41,882 bases of DNA from a virus (Duplodnaviria > Caudoviricetes), in IMG/VR virus record IMGVR_UViG_3300017648_000192, positions 1-41,882 of that record; one strand, 5' to 3'. Below, piece by piece: positions 1 to 8,397 of this stretch. How positions within the stretch are numbered: the first letter of the stretch is position 1; the number at the start of each line of letters is the position of its first letter. The translations under genes were made by a program, and so were the position numbers. The notes under the pieces were generated by a model that did no database searches, was not told the DNA's origin, and worked only from the letters and a program-made list of their open reading frames with translations.

Positions 1-155
1 TCATCCGGATTTCGTATCAGGACGCGAACGGGTCCGCGTGTGCTTTTCGGCCGCCTCAGCGGCCTCGCCCCACCCGCCTGCGGCCATCCGCCCCGACGGG
101 CGATGGGCGTGGACCATGTCAACTATCCTGCAATTCACTCTATTTTGGGCAAGCA

Positions 156-189
156 AGGAGGCCGGGCAGGATTTCCTGCCCGGCCTCCT
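156..189 (-). terminator. Stem-loop downstream of gyrA, probable terminator
   Basis: Perfect 16-bp inverted repeat AGGAGGCCGGGCAGGA (156-171) / TCCTGCCCGGCCTCCT (174-189), about 30 nt after the gyrA stop; U-tract weak. Confidence 0.6.
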
Positions 190-217
190 CGTATCCGGAT
201 TATGGCGACTGAATCGC

Positions 218-2722
218 TTATCCGAGATTGGGATCGGCGATGATGGTGTCTTCCGCCTCGTCCTCAAGGCTGTTGAGACGGGCCTGGGCGGCCGGATCCT
301 TCGGCTCGATGACGGCCATCGACGCGATCGCCTGGTCGTCGGCCAGCTTCATCAGGGTCACGCCCTGTGTCGCTCGACCGATGAGCGAGATCTGACTGGC
401 GGCGATGCGGATCGCGATGCCGGACGTGTTCATAAGCATGATCGTATCGTCCGGATGGGCCATCGCGGCACCGACGATCTTGCCGGTGCGCCTCGTCAGC
501 CGCATGGCCTGGATGCCCTTGCCGCCACGTCCCTGGGCACGATACTGCTCGATCTCGGTGCGCTTGCCGAGACCACGCTCGGAAACGACGAGGAGATCAT
601 GTTCCGGCTCGATGACCTCGAAGCCGATGACCTTGTCGTCGCCGTCCATTCGAATGCCGATGACCCCTGCCGCGGGCCGACCCATCGGGCGCACGTCGGA
701 TTCGTGGAAGCGGATTGCCTGGCCACCGGTCGTGATGAGGATGACATCGCTGTCACCGTCGGTCTCGCGAACCCAGGCCAGCTCGTCGTGATCGTCCAGA
801 CCGATGGCGATCAGGCCATTCGAGCGAACGGACTTGAACTGGTCGAGACTGACGCGCTTCACACGTCCCTGGGATGTCGTGAAGAAGAGGTAATGATTCG
901 GATTGTAGTCGCGCACCGTCATCAGGGTCGTGATCGTCTCGTCTGGCTGCATGCTGAGGACGTTGACGATCGGCAGCCCCTTGGCGGTACGGCTGGCGTC
1001 CGGGAGCTCGTGGACCTTGAGCTGGTAGACCCGACCGCGGTTGGTGAAGACCAGCAGCGAATCCATCGTGTTCGCGCTCAGGATGTGCTGTATCGCGTCT
1101 TCGTCGCGCATGGTGACGCCGGTCTTGCCACGGCCTCCGCGATTCTGCGTCGCGTAGACCTCGTCGGCCATCCGCTTCACGTAGCCGCGCTTCGTGATCG
1201 TGACGAGCACGTCGATCTCTGGGATGAGATCTTCCTCGCTGAGAATGCCGGAGACATCCTGGATCCGCGTGCGGCGCGCATCACCGTAGCGTTCTTTCAG
1301 CTCGGCCATGTCGTCGTGAATGATGTCCAGGATCTTCTGCGGATCGGCAAGAATCGCTTCCAGACGTGCGATCTCGGCCATGACTTCCTTGTACTCGGCC
1401 TCGATCTTCTGCCGTTCGAGAGCGGCGAGGCGGGCGAGCCGCATGTCGAGGATCGCCTGGGCCTGGACATCGGAGAGCTTGAAGCTGGCACGGAGATTCT
1501 TCTTCGCCGTTTCCGTCGTCCGCGAGCGCCGGATGGTCGCGATCACCTCGTCGATATTGTCGAGGGCGATTTTCAGACCTTCGAGGATGTGTGCGCGTTT
1601 GCGGGCGCGATCGAGCTCGAACTCGGTGCGGCGGCGGATGACCTCCTGCCGATGAACGACGTATTCCTGCAGGGCCCGCTTGAGCGTGAGAATACGCGGC
1701 TGCGTGCCCCGCTCGACGAGCGCGAGCATGTTGACGCCGAACGTCTGCTGCAGCGCCGTGTGCTTGAACAGGTTGTTCAGCACCTTCATCGGCTGGGCGT
1801 CACGCTTCAGCTCGATCACGATGCGCATACCGGTCCGGTCGGACTCATCACGGAGACCGCTGATGCCGTCGAGCTTGCCGTCGCGGACCATATCCGCGAT
1901 GCGCTCGAGCAGGGTCGACTTGTTGACCTGGTACGGAATCTCCGTGACCACGATTTGGAAGCGATTACTGCGCTCGGCTTCCTCGACGAAGGCCTTGGCG
2001 CGGATGATGACCCGACCACGGCCGGTCGCATACGCCGCCTGGATGCCCTCGCGACCGAGAATGGTGCCTCCGGTCGGGAAGTCCGGTCCCGGTACGATTT
2101 CGAGGAGCTCTTCCAGCGAAATGTCCGGATTGTCGACGAGCGCCGAGACCGCGTCGCATATCTCGGCGAGATTGTGCGGCGGGATATTGGTCGCCATGCC
2201 GACCGCGATACCGGCGCTGCCATTGATCAGCAGGTTCGGCAGTCGAGCAGGCAGCACGGTTGGCTGCATCATCGAGTTGTCGTAGTTCGGCATCTCGTCG
2301 ACGGTCTGCTTGTCGATGTCGACCAGCAGTTCGTCGGCGATGGCCGTGAGCTTGGCCTCGGTGTAGCGCATGGCGGCCGCGCTGTCGCCATCGACCGAGC
2401 CAAAGTTGCCCTGACCGTCGACGAGCGGGTAGCGCAGGCTGAAATCCTGCGCCATACGAACGAGCGTGTCGTAGGCTGCGGTATCGCTGTGCGGGTGGAA
2501 GTTCTTGATCACCTCGCCCACGATACCGGCGCTTTTTCGGTAGCGGGTATTGGAGCGAAGGCCCATCTGGCTCATGGCGTAGAGCACACGCCGGTGAACC
2601 GGCTTCAGGCCATCGCGGGCGTCCGGCAGCGCGCGCTGCACGATGACGCTCATCGCATAGTCGAGGTAGGATTGCCGCATTTCTTTTTCGATGCTGGCAA
2701 CCCGTACGTTTCCGATTTCCAC
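218..2722 (-). CDS. gyrA: DNA gyrase subunit A
   Basis: [26 protein letters not shown], catalytic AAAMRYTE, GyrA-box QNRGGRG, C-terminal beta-pinwheel repeats; GTG start with AAGGAG SD. Confidence 0.98.
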   Translation of the reverse strand: MEIGNVRVASIEKEMRQSYLDYAMSVIVQRALPDARDGLKPVHRRVLYAMSQMGLRSNTRYRKSAGIVGEVIKNFHPHSDTAAYDTLVRMAQDFSLRYPLVDGQGNFGSVDGDSAAAMRYTEAKLTAIADELLVDIDKQTVDEMPNYDNSMMQPTVLPARLPNLLINGSAGIAVGMATNIPPHNLAEICDAVSALVDNPDISLEELLEIVPGPDFPTGGTILGREGIQAAYATGRGRVIIRAKAFVEEAERSNRFQIVVTEIPYQVNKSTLLERIADMVRDGKLDGISGLRDESDRTGMRIVIELKRDAQPMKVLNNLFKHTALQQTFGVNMLALVERGTQPRILTLKRALQEYVVHRQEVIRRRTEFELDRARKRAHILEGLKIALDNIDEVIATIRRSRTTETAKKNLRASFKLSDVQAQAILDMRLARLAALERQKIEAEYKEVMAEIARLEAILADPQKILDIIHDDMAELKERYGDARRTRIQDVSGILSEEDLIPEIDVLVTITKRGYVKRMADEVYATQNRGGRGKTGVTMRDEDAIQHILSANTMDSLLVFTNRGRVYQLKVHELPDASRTAKGLPIVNVLSMQPDETITTLMTVRDYNPNHYLFFTTSQGRVKRVSLDQFKSVRSNGLIAIGLDDHDELAWVRETDGDSDVILITTGGQAIRFHESDVRPMGRPAAGVIGIRMDGDDKVIGFEVIEPEHDLLVVSERGLGKRTEIEQYRAQGRGGKGIQAMRLTRRTGKIVGAAMAHPDDTIMLMNTSGIAIRIAASQISLIGRATQGVTLMKLADDQAIASMAVIEPKDPAAQARLNSLEDEAEDTIIADPNLG

Positions 2723-2772
2723 GGTTATCGGCTCCTTTGAAAAGACGTGAGTGTTAGTGAGCCTAACGCCCT

Positions 2773-2801
2773 AGTATACTAAAAATCCCTATAGTTATCA
2801 C
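2773..2801 (-). promoter_or_regulatory. Putative sigma70 promoter of gyrA
   Basis: Minus strand GTGATA (2801-2796), 17 bp, TATACT (2778-2773). Confidence 0.45.
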
Positions 2802-2812
2802 GTTTTTGACCC

Positions 2813-4012
2813 CTATCCGCTGTCCGATTGACGCACCGTTGACGCACTGACCTCTGTTTTCGTGCGTGTTGTCGTATCCGGGTCATCAAATCCGAGCAAA
2901 TGTGTGAGCGCGCCGGTCCCCTGACGTTGCGTTTCGATGGTGACGTGGGCGTATGTGTTCATGGTCGTGACGATGCTTGCATGTCCCAGGATCTCCTGCA
3001 CCACGCGTTGGGGAACGCCAGCGGCGAGCATTGCCGTGGCCACCGAGTGCCGAACGTCATGAAGCCGCATCGCCGGAAGGTTGCATGATTTCACCGCCTT
3101 GTGCCATCGCCAGTGCACGGTTTTGGGGTTGAGGAACTCACCGTCGCGATGGATCACATACGGGCCCTGCCGACGTTCGTGGCACTGCTGAAGAATGTCG
3201 ATCATCCAACGCTCGATAGGGACGGAGCGACCGCGGCGGTTTGTCTTCGTGCCCCGCACAACGGCGTATTTTCCGTCTTCCTGTCGCGCCAGATGGGCGT
3301 GGATGGCAATCACCCCATCGTCCAAGTTTACCGCGCTCCACTCCAGTGCGAGCGCCTCACCGATACGGCACCCCGTCGCGATGAGCAGAGCCCACAATGG
3401 TCCGTATGTCACGTCCTTCCGCGTGCGAGAGACGAACCGGCGCATTTGGAGCGGCGACCAGGTTGTGTACGAGACCTCATCCGGGCGAGGGTAGGTAAGG
3501 TGATGTGCAGGACTCCGTGAAAGAACGCCGTCCTGCACGGCTGCGTCGAACATGCTGATGATACCGACCATATAGGTCTGGATCGACGATGTTTTGAGGC
3601 CATCGCCGGTCATGATGTCGATCAGGCGCTGGACATCGTGACGTTCCACGCGGGAAATGAGCATGGTGCCGAAAAAATCGTTCCCATACTTCCGCCAAAC
3701 CCGCTTCACCGTCGTGGTCCGACTCCCGCTCCAGATCGATCGTTTCCGCGACAGCCATTGCTCGTGGTAGTCCGCAACGGTCAGGTCTGCGGTGTCGATC
3801 CGGCGTCCATGTCGGATATCCGCCCGAAGTGCCGAGATCCAGTCTTCGGCCGCTTTGGCCGTCGAGAACGTCTGACTCTCGTGCCGCCGACGATCGCGAG
3901 GCCCCCAACTCAGGCGCGCCCGATAGGTCACGTCGCCGGTTTTTGGGCTTACGCGAGGATGCACACCTTCCAGCAGCAGGCGATTGGTGATCGGATCTCT
4001 TCGTCGCGCCAT
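2813..4012 (-). CDS. int: Tyrosine recombinase (phage integrase)
   Basis: Catalytic set TGCRIGE (R), TKT (K), HDVRH, LGH, TYAH (Y); N-terminal arm-binding and core domains. Confidence 0.96.
   Translation of the reverse strand: MARRRDPITNRLLLEGVHPRVSPKTGDVTYRARLSWGPRDRRRHESQTFSTAKAAEDWISALRADIRHGRRIDTADLTVADYHEQWLSRKRSIWSGSRTTTVKRVWRKYGNDFFGTMLISRVERHDVQRLIDIMTGDGLKTSSIQTYMVGIISMFDAAVQDGVLSRSPAHHLTYPRPDEVSYTTWSPLQMRRFVSRTRKDVTYGPLWALLIATGCRIGEALALEWSAVNLDDGVIAIHAHLARQEDGKYAVVRGTKTNRRGRSVPIERWMIDILQQCHERRQGPYVIHRDGEFLNPKTVHWRWHKAVKSCNLPAMRLHDVRHSVATAMLAAGVPQRVVQEILGHASIVTTMNTYAHVTIETQRQGTGALTHLLGFDDPDTTTRTKTEVSASTVRQSDSG
2828..2847. repeat. Direct repeat TTGACGCAC x2, candidate integrase arm-type sites near attL
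   Basis: TTGACGCAC at 2828-2836 and 2839-2847 in the low-complexity 3' end of int. Confidence 0.35.
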
Positions 4013-4045
4013 CCTCTTGCCTTTCCGTCATCTCTTGCAGAATAC

Positions 4046-4057
4046 GAACTAATGTTC
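4046..4057. promoter_or_regulatory. LexA/SOS box (GAAC-N4-GTTC)
   Basis: cGAACTAATGTTCt, between TTGCAG (4035-4040) and TAGTTT (4058-4063), which are 17 bp apart, in the int / ORF4113 divergent gap. Confidence 0.75.
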
Positions 4058-4112
4058 TAGTTTATAGCTATTAGCATATCGACACTACATCAGTGAGGCA
4101 AGGAACAGAGTC

Positions 4113-4451
4113 ATGGCGGACGATCGTTTGGCGGGTGGCGCAGTCCTGATTGATAGTGCAAACACAATGATACTTAGTGGAAATATTTCATTTATTTCAG
4201 ACGGAAAATCAAGGTCTGAAATCGTCATCATGAACCCAGACAGTGGTCGGGAGGAGAGGTTGGTTTTTTCCCATGGATCGACCTGGATGGCGGTGTATCA
4301 CCTTATCCAGGTGATCCGGGAATTGTTCCAGACGAATGAACTCGAGGTTCAGATAGAGATATCTGAACGCCCATGCCCCGAATGTGGCGGGGCGGGAATG
4401 ATCGAGGACACAGAAGGGAATTGGCGTGACTGCCGATCATGTGCGCCATAG
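4113..4451 (+). CDS. Hypothetical protein with C-terminal CxxCxGxG...CxxC zinc finger; candidate SOS-induced antirepressor
   Basis: AAGGA SD; CPECGGAG...CRSC; downstream of LexA box. Confidence 0.6.
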   Translation: MADDRLAGGAVLIDSANTMILSGNISFISDGKSRSEIVIMNPDSGREERLVFSHGSTWMAVYHLIQVIRELFQTNELEVQIEISERPCPECGGAGMIEDTEGNWRDCRSCAP

Positions 4452-4458
4452 CTGGTGC

Positions 4459-4980
4459 TTATGATTCCAGTGATCTCTCCACACACGACACCGCGATCTT
4501 GGCGCCATCACGATCCATTGTGAGTTTCCATGGGGTTTTGGCGCCTGGTCCCCACAGGGTGTGCTCCAATGCATTGTCATTGATAGAATTGATGAGTCCG
4601 TTACCAGTGTAGCTTCCATCGGCATCGATACGTGTCGTTGCCCAAACGCCGACCGTTCCGGGCGCGATGTCGTCACCAACCATCTCAGCAGCCACAAACC
4701 AAATATCAGCGTCGGGATCATATGTATCGCGAGACAGGACGATATATCCGTTTGTAAGGTCAAAATCCTCTCCGTCCGCCAGTTCGGCCAAGATTTGATC
4801 GTCATCATCTCTATCCGGATAGATTTTGACATCAGCCTCAAACGGAATGTCGTCGGCCCGAATGCAACGACTGTCAACTTGCGGCGTTGACAACGGAGAT
4901 ACGTCATTCGCGGCAAGGTGAACTGCCAACAGCGCCCCAATCATTGCAAGACCGACTGATGTTAAAAGAAATCGATTCAC
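4459..4980 (-). CDS. Exported acidic protein co-transcribed with repressor (possible superinfection exclusion)
   Basis: N-terminal signal/TM MNRFLLTSVGLAMIGALLAV; D/E-rich; begins 2 nt after repressor stop with GAGGAG SD. Confidence 0.7.
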   Translation of the reverse strand: MNRFLLTSVGLAMIGALLAVHLAANDVSPLSTPQVDSRCIRADDIPFEADVKIYPDRDDDDQILAELADGEDFDLTNGYIVLSRDTYDPDADIWFVAAEMVGDDIAPGTVGVWATTRIDADGSYTGNGLINSINDNALEHTLWGPGAKTPWKLTMDRDGAKIAVSCVERSLES

Positions 4981-4982
4981 GC

Positions 4983-5381
4983 CTATTCCTCCTCTTTCAT
5001 CAGTTCCGGAATCGGGAATATTCCCCGCTGCATCTTTCTCAGCGTGTCCAGGTATTGTTCGGTCGTTTTTAGCAATCCGTCGTTCCAGGTGATCGCATCG
5101 ATCGCCGGCTGAAGCTTTCGCACGGCATCGCTGCGTGGATCCTCGGGGAATTCGACCTCATCCTCAGCGAGCTCACCAGCGGCAATCAGGATATCTACGT
5201 GGCGCACACCCAGTGCAGCCGCGAGCTTCCTGCGCACGTCCGCCTCGGGGAGCTTTGTGGTGCCCTTTTCAACTCGATTGACGGTGGTCCTCGGGACGCC
5301 AGAGTGATTCGCCAGTTCGGTCTGGTTCCATCCCAAATCTTCTCGTCTTGAAATGATGAAATCTTTCAGTGTGCGCATCAT
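4983..5381 (-). CDS. XRE-family HTH prophage repressor (CI-like), no S24 autocleavage domain
   Basis: RREDLGWNQTELANHSGVPRTTVNRVEKG HTH; divergent from early operon; start placed at ATG 5381, 7 nt after a minus-strand TACAGT -10. Confidence 0.88.
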   Translation of the reverse strand: MMRTLKDFIISRREDLGWNQTELANHSGVPRTTVNRVEKGTTKLPEADVRRKLAAALGVRHVDILIAAGELAEDEVEFPEDPRSDAVRKLQPAIDAITWNDGLLKTTEQYLDTLRKMQRGIFPIPELMKEEE

Positions 5382-5388
5382 GCACACC

Positions 5389-5439
5389 ACTGTATCGCTG
5401 TTCATACCTATTGACATCATAGTGCGTGTCCTGTACAGT
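5389..5439. promoter_or_regulatory. Divergent lysis/lysogeny promoters
   Basis: Rightward TTGACA (5411-5416), 17 bp, TACAGT (5434-5439); leftward -10 TACAGT (5394-5389) with ATGTCA -35 overlapping the rightward -35. Confidence 0.65.
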
Positions 5440-5474
5440 TAGTGTACTGATGATGCAATCAGAACACCGAGGTT

Positions 5475-5663
5475 ATGAACATGGCACAAGCGACAGAGCA
5501 AGACGAGCTCGACCAGATCACCACAACGGCGACACATGTCTTCACGCTTCGCCAAATGACGTGGATTCGGCGTGAGGCTAAGCGGCGAAGCGTCAGCATG
5601 AGTGAGGTCGTCCGCGAGGCAGTCACCCAGGCGATGGCGCATCCAGAAAAGGAAGCAGCATGA
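5475..5663 (+). CDS. Ribbon-helix-helix (CopG/Arc-like) regulator in the Cro position
   Basis: Strand TATHVF then helices LRQMTWIRREAKRR-SVSMSEVVREAV. Confidence 0.7.
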   Translation: MNMAQATEQDELDQITTTATHVFTLRQMTWIRREAKRRSVSMSEVVREAVTQAMAHPEKEAA

Positions 5664-5896
5664 CCGACATACCCGCACCCGCAACCGTTGCCGAACTGAT
5701 GGCCGCGACCGGCCTTGGCCGCGACTCCGTCCGCCGGGCTATTCGCGAAGGGCAGTTGCCCGGGCGCCTCATCGGCCGGCGCTACGTCATCACTCGCGGC
5801 GAGTTCGATGCCTTCGTCGAAGGCCGATGGCAGCCCAAGCCGGTTGAGCCGATCCGTCCGATCTCGTCGTTCGTCCAGCGTCGCAAATCCGCCTGA
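5660..5896 (+). CDS. Excisionase-like HTH DNA-binding protein
   Basis: TVAELMAATGLGRDSVRRAIREGQLPGRLIGRRYVITRGEFDAF matches the HTH_17/Xis pattern. Confidence 0.85.
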   Translation: MTDIPAPATVAELMAATGLGRDSVRRAIREGQLPGRLIGRRYVITRGEFDAFVEGRWQPKPVEPIRPISSFVQRRKSA

Positions 5897-5908
5897 GAGG
5901 ACACATCC

Positions 5909-6103
5909 ATGACCTACACCCGCGAAACCACACATATCCTCACCGCCGATCCGAAGCTCGTTGAGGCCAAGCTCCGCCGCCTCCGCAAGCAGGGCTGGAT
6001 CATCCACAGCGCCACGCCCGGCGTTCGCCGCACGATCGTCGTCGCAGATGTCCCGGTCGAACGGCCAACACGGCGACCGGTTGACCTGCCCCTCGCATCC
6101 TGA
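5909..6103 (+). CDS. Hypothetical phage protein
   Basis: GAGGA SD, operon context. Confidence 0.6.
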   Translation: MTYTRETTHILTADPKLVEAKLRRLRKQGWIIHSATPGVRRTIVVADVPVERPTRRPVDLPLAS

Positions 6104-6224
6104 CATTCGCCGCACCTCTCATGCATCGCGGCCGCGTGCGCACCCATCCGGGCGGCATCCTGCCAGCACTTTCGCCGCGACATCCACCAGGCGCACCACC
6201 AGCGCCCACGACGACACACCGGTG

Positions 6225-6351
6225 GCGTTGTGCGTGATCGGCATTCCGTCCTCATCTCCTGCGGGATGGCGGTCACGCACGATGTCAGCGGGACATCGAC
6301 CAACCAGGTGACGACCGGGGCAACTACTTCCCAGGGGCCCCGGTCATCACC
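6225..6351 (+). ncRNA. Structured non-coding segment in early operon (three hairpins)
   Basis: Stems 6230-6280 (G-U rich), 6280-6298 and 6307-6351 within a ~360-nt gap lacking a convincing ORF. Confidence 0.4.
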
Positions 6352-6465
6352 GCACGGACAGGAGGCGCCACGACGCACCACCAAGACGCAGCGCCATTGC
6401 TGCCATGTAGGGGACTGTAGCGGACATGGATCGATAGCGAATCAATTTCGGGGGAGATAGCAACG

Positions 6466-6780
6466 ATGTCGAATAACACGCACCCGACCGATGACGGACT
6501 GGCCGAGTTGGCGGTCGCACGTGGCGCAATGGTTCGCCTGTTTGCATCGGACGGAGTGATCACACCGGAAGAGAGGAACGTCGTTCGGCTTTTTGACGAG
6601 GGGACCGCAGAGATCGCCTTCGGTCGTCGTCTGGAGCGGGTGATGGATTTCGTGATCCGGGCGCGCGGCAGGATGTCCCGCTACGGACAGCAGCTCGCGA
6701 ACGAGGCGGGGCTTGTGATCCTCCCGTTCGAGGACGAGAAAAGCAAGATCGTCCCGCTTTTCGAGGACCAGCAGGCATAA
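6466..6780 (+). CDS. Hypothetical phage protein
   Basis: GGGGAG SD, helical protein-like sequence. Confidence 0.7.
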   Translation: MSNNTHPTDDGLAELAVARGAMVRLFASDGVITPEERNVVRLFDEGTAEIAFGRRLERVMDFVIRARGRMSRYGQQLANEAGLVILPFEDEKSKIVPLFEDQQA

Positions 6781-6833
6781 CAGAACGCCCTCATCCGGGC
6801 ATGGATGGGGCGCTCACAGGAGACACATCGCAA

Positions 6834-7067
6834 ATGTCTGTCGCCATTGTATCAGAACCAGTCACACCACCAACCACCGCCATTCACCTCTTCATTTGGG
6901 CGAACACCGCGCAGCACGCATTCGAGGCGCTCGCGCTGCCGCCGACCCGATACCCGCGCTACACGAGCGAGGCCGCGGCACGGGAGGCCAGCGCACTTGG
7001 CGTCGACGGCTTCCCGGACGAGGGCGAGCACCTGTTTCGCGTCGGATACATGGAGGTTCAGCCATGA
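6834..7067 (+). CDS. Hypothetical phage protein
   Basis: AGGAG SD after hairpin 6786-6812; ATGA overlap with next gene. Confidence 0.6.
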   Translation: MSVAIVSEPVTPPTTAIHLFIWANTAQHAFEALALPPTRYPRYTSEAAAREASALGVDGFPDEGEHLFRVGYMEVQP

Positions 7068-7315
7068 GTACCGTCGATCTTCGCCGTTACGCCAGCCACG
7101 TCATCCGCAAGCCCAACCGGCCCGACCCATCGCCCGTGATGCGATGCAGGCCGGACGTGGTGGTCCACCACGACAGCGACACGGTGTCACTGGAGCACCT
7201 GACGCGGGCGCAGGCCGAGCGGTTGTACGCGCTGGCGCTCACGGACGTGCATTTGTTCGGCCTCACGTACGCATTGGGGCACATGTTGGGGATTGACCCG
7301 GAGGAAGCAGCATGA
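7064..7315 (+). CDS. Hypothetical phage protein
   Basis: GGAGG SD, ATGA overlaps at both ends (MSTVDLRR...). Confidence 0.65.
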   Translation: MSTVDLRRYASHVIRKPNRPDPSPVMRCRPDVVVHHDSDTVSLEHLTRAQAERLYALALTDVHLFGLTYALGHMLGIDPEEAA

Positions 7316-7527
7316 CCACGCGCACTCGCCACACCACGCGCACCTTCACCGACTCCGGCATCGGTGCGGACCTCGAGCAGCAGCGCCGCGAGCGCACGGT
7401 CGCCGAACGCCTGCCGAGCCGGGCGGACATCGCCGCCGGCGTCGTGGGGATCGCGGTCGTGATCGGCGTGCTGGCGCTGGCGTTCGGGGCGACGGCGCTG
7501 TTGGTCGGCGCGCTGTGGACGCCGTAG
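7312..7527 (+). CDS. Small membrane protein
   Basis: C-terminal hydrophobic segment IAAGVVGIAVVIGVLALAFGATALLV; ATGA coupling. Confidence 0.65.
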   Translation: MTTRTRHTTRTFTDSGIGADLEQQRRERTVAERLPSRADIAAGVVGIAVVIGVLALAFGATALLVGALWTP

Positions 7528-7541
7528 GAGGAGGGCAGACA

Positions 7542-7778
7542 TTGAACACCGATACCGATCACGTAGCCCTCCCCACCTGGACGGAGCGCGTTGCTCTCGA
7601 CCAGACCGTGAAAGATGGGTACCGCGTGAAAGAAGTGACGATCACCGTCCAGTACAGCGAAGGAGAACGCCCGACACGAGAAGAGCGACGCAGGCGCGTA
7701 ATGGATGCGATTGCCGATGGGCAAATGTCCGCAGACGCCATGAATCATCACCGTCACGAGCAGCAGAAGTACCAATAA
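7542..7778 (+). CDS. Hypothetical phage protein
   Basis: TTG start with GGAGGAGG SD. Confidence 0.55.
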   Translation: MNTDTDHVALPTWTERVALDQTVKDGYRVKEVTITVQYSEGERPTREERRRRVMDAIADGQMSADAMNHHRHEQQKYQ

Positions 7779-7790
7779 AGGACAGCAATC

Positions 7791-8345
7791 ATGGGTGCAT
7801 TTGGATACCAGCAGACAAGCAACGGCGGCGGCCCGCTCGAGATGTTCCGGGGCGAACTGGATGCCAGTGGGGATCCGATCTTCGAGGAGGTGGATCGCGG
7901 AGCCTACGTCGCTCCGCCACGTGGCGAGTACGTTCTCATGGTCACCGGATTCTCGCGACCGTGGGAAGAGCCGAACAAGTTCCGACCCGGCGAAATGAGC
8001 AAAAAGACAAATCTGGAGCTTGAGATCGTGGAAGGCCTCGGGGCCGGTCATAAATTCCTATGGAGCTTCCAGACGTTCACACTTGCAATGGGTGAGATGC
8101 CGTCCAACTGTGGACGCATTTACTCCGCAGGCGTCCTGGATGGCGCGCGCATCGAACGCGGGAAGCAGGTTTTTTTCGACGACATGATTCGCAAACCCTT
8201 CATCGCCTACGTCAATCCGTCTGACGCCTTGAACGACAAGGGACAGCCGAAATACGCGTCCGTGGCGAAAGAGACAATTGCGCCGTACCGGCCAGCCTCC
8301 GAAGACACCTCATACAACCCCTTCAAGAAGCCGAACGCCGCCTAG
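7791..8345 (+). CDS. Probable phage single-stranded DNA-binding protein (DUF669-like OB fold)
   Basis: PPRGEYVLMVTG...LELEIVEG.GAG.KF pattern, YNPF near C-terminus, upstream of primase. Confidence 0.55.
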   Translation: MGAFGYQQTSNGGGPLEMFRGELDASGDPIFEEVDRGAYVAPPRGEYVLMVTGFSRPWEEPNKFRPGEMSKKTNLELEIVEGLGAGHKFLWSFQTFTLAMGEMPSNCGRIYSAGVLDGARIERGKQVFFDDMIRKPFIAYVNPSDALNDKGQPKYASVAKETIAPYRPASEDTSYNPFKKPNAA

Positions 8346-8348
8346 CGG

Positions 8349-8395
8349 TTCATTCAGCCCGGTGGCAGGAACGGCCTGCCACCGCACTGAATGAA
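8349..8395 (+). other. Long hairpin immediately before primase gene
   Basis: TTCATTCAG..CGGTGGCAGG / CCTGCCACCG..CTGAATGAA. Confidence 0.5.
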
Positions 8396-8397
8396 GT

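Noticed and set aside
1-267. 88-aa minus-strand ORF
   Set aside because: Overlaps the gyrA end and its stem-loop, low-complexity translation; cannot be supported
38-2740. 900-aa ORF on the + strand
   Set aside because: Antisense shadow of gyrA, expected from high-GC codon bias; no domain motifs
2723-2812. tRNA, tmRNA or dif site as attachment target
   Set aside because: No cloverleaf or T-arm motif and no convincing dif match; att core cannot be fixed without attR
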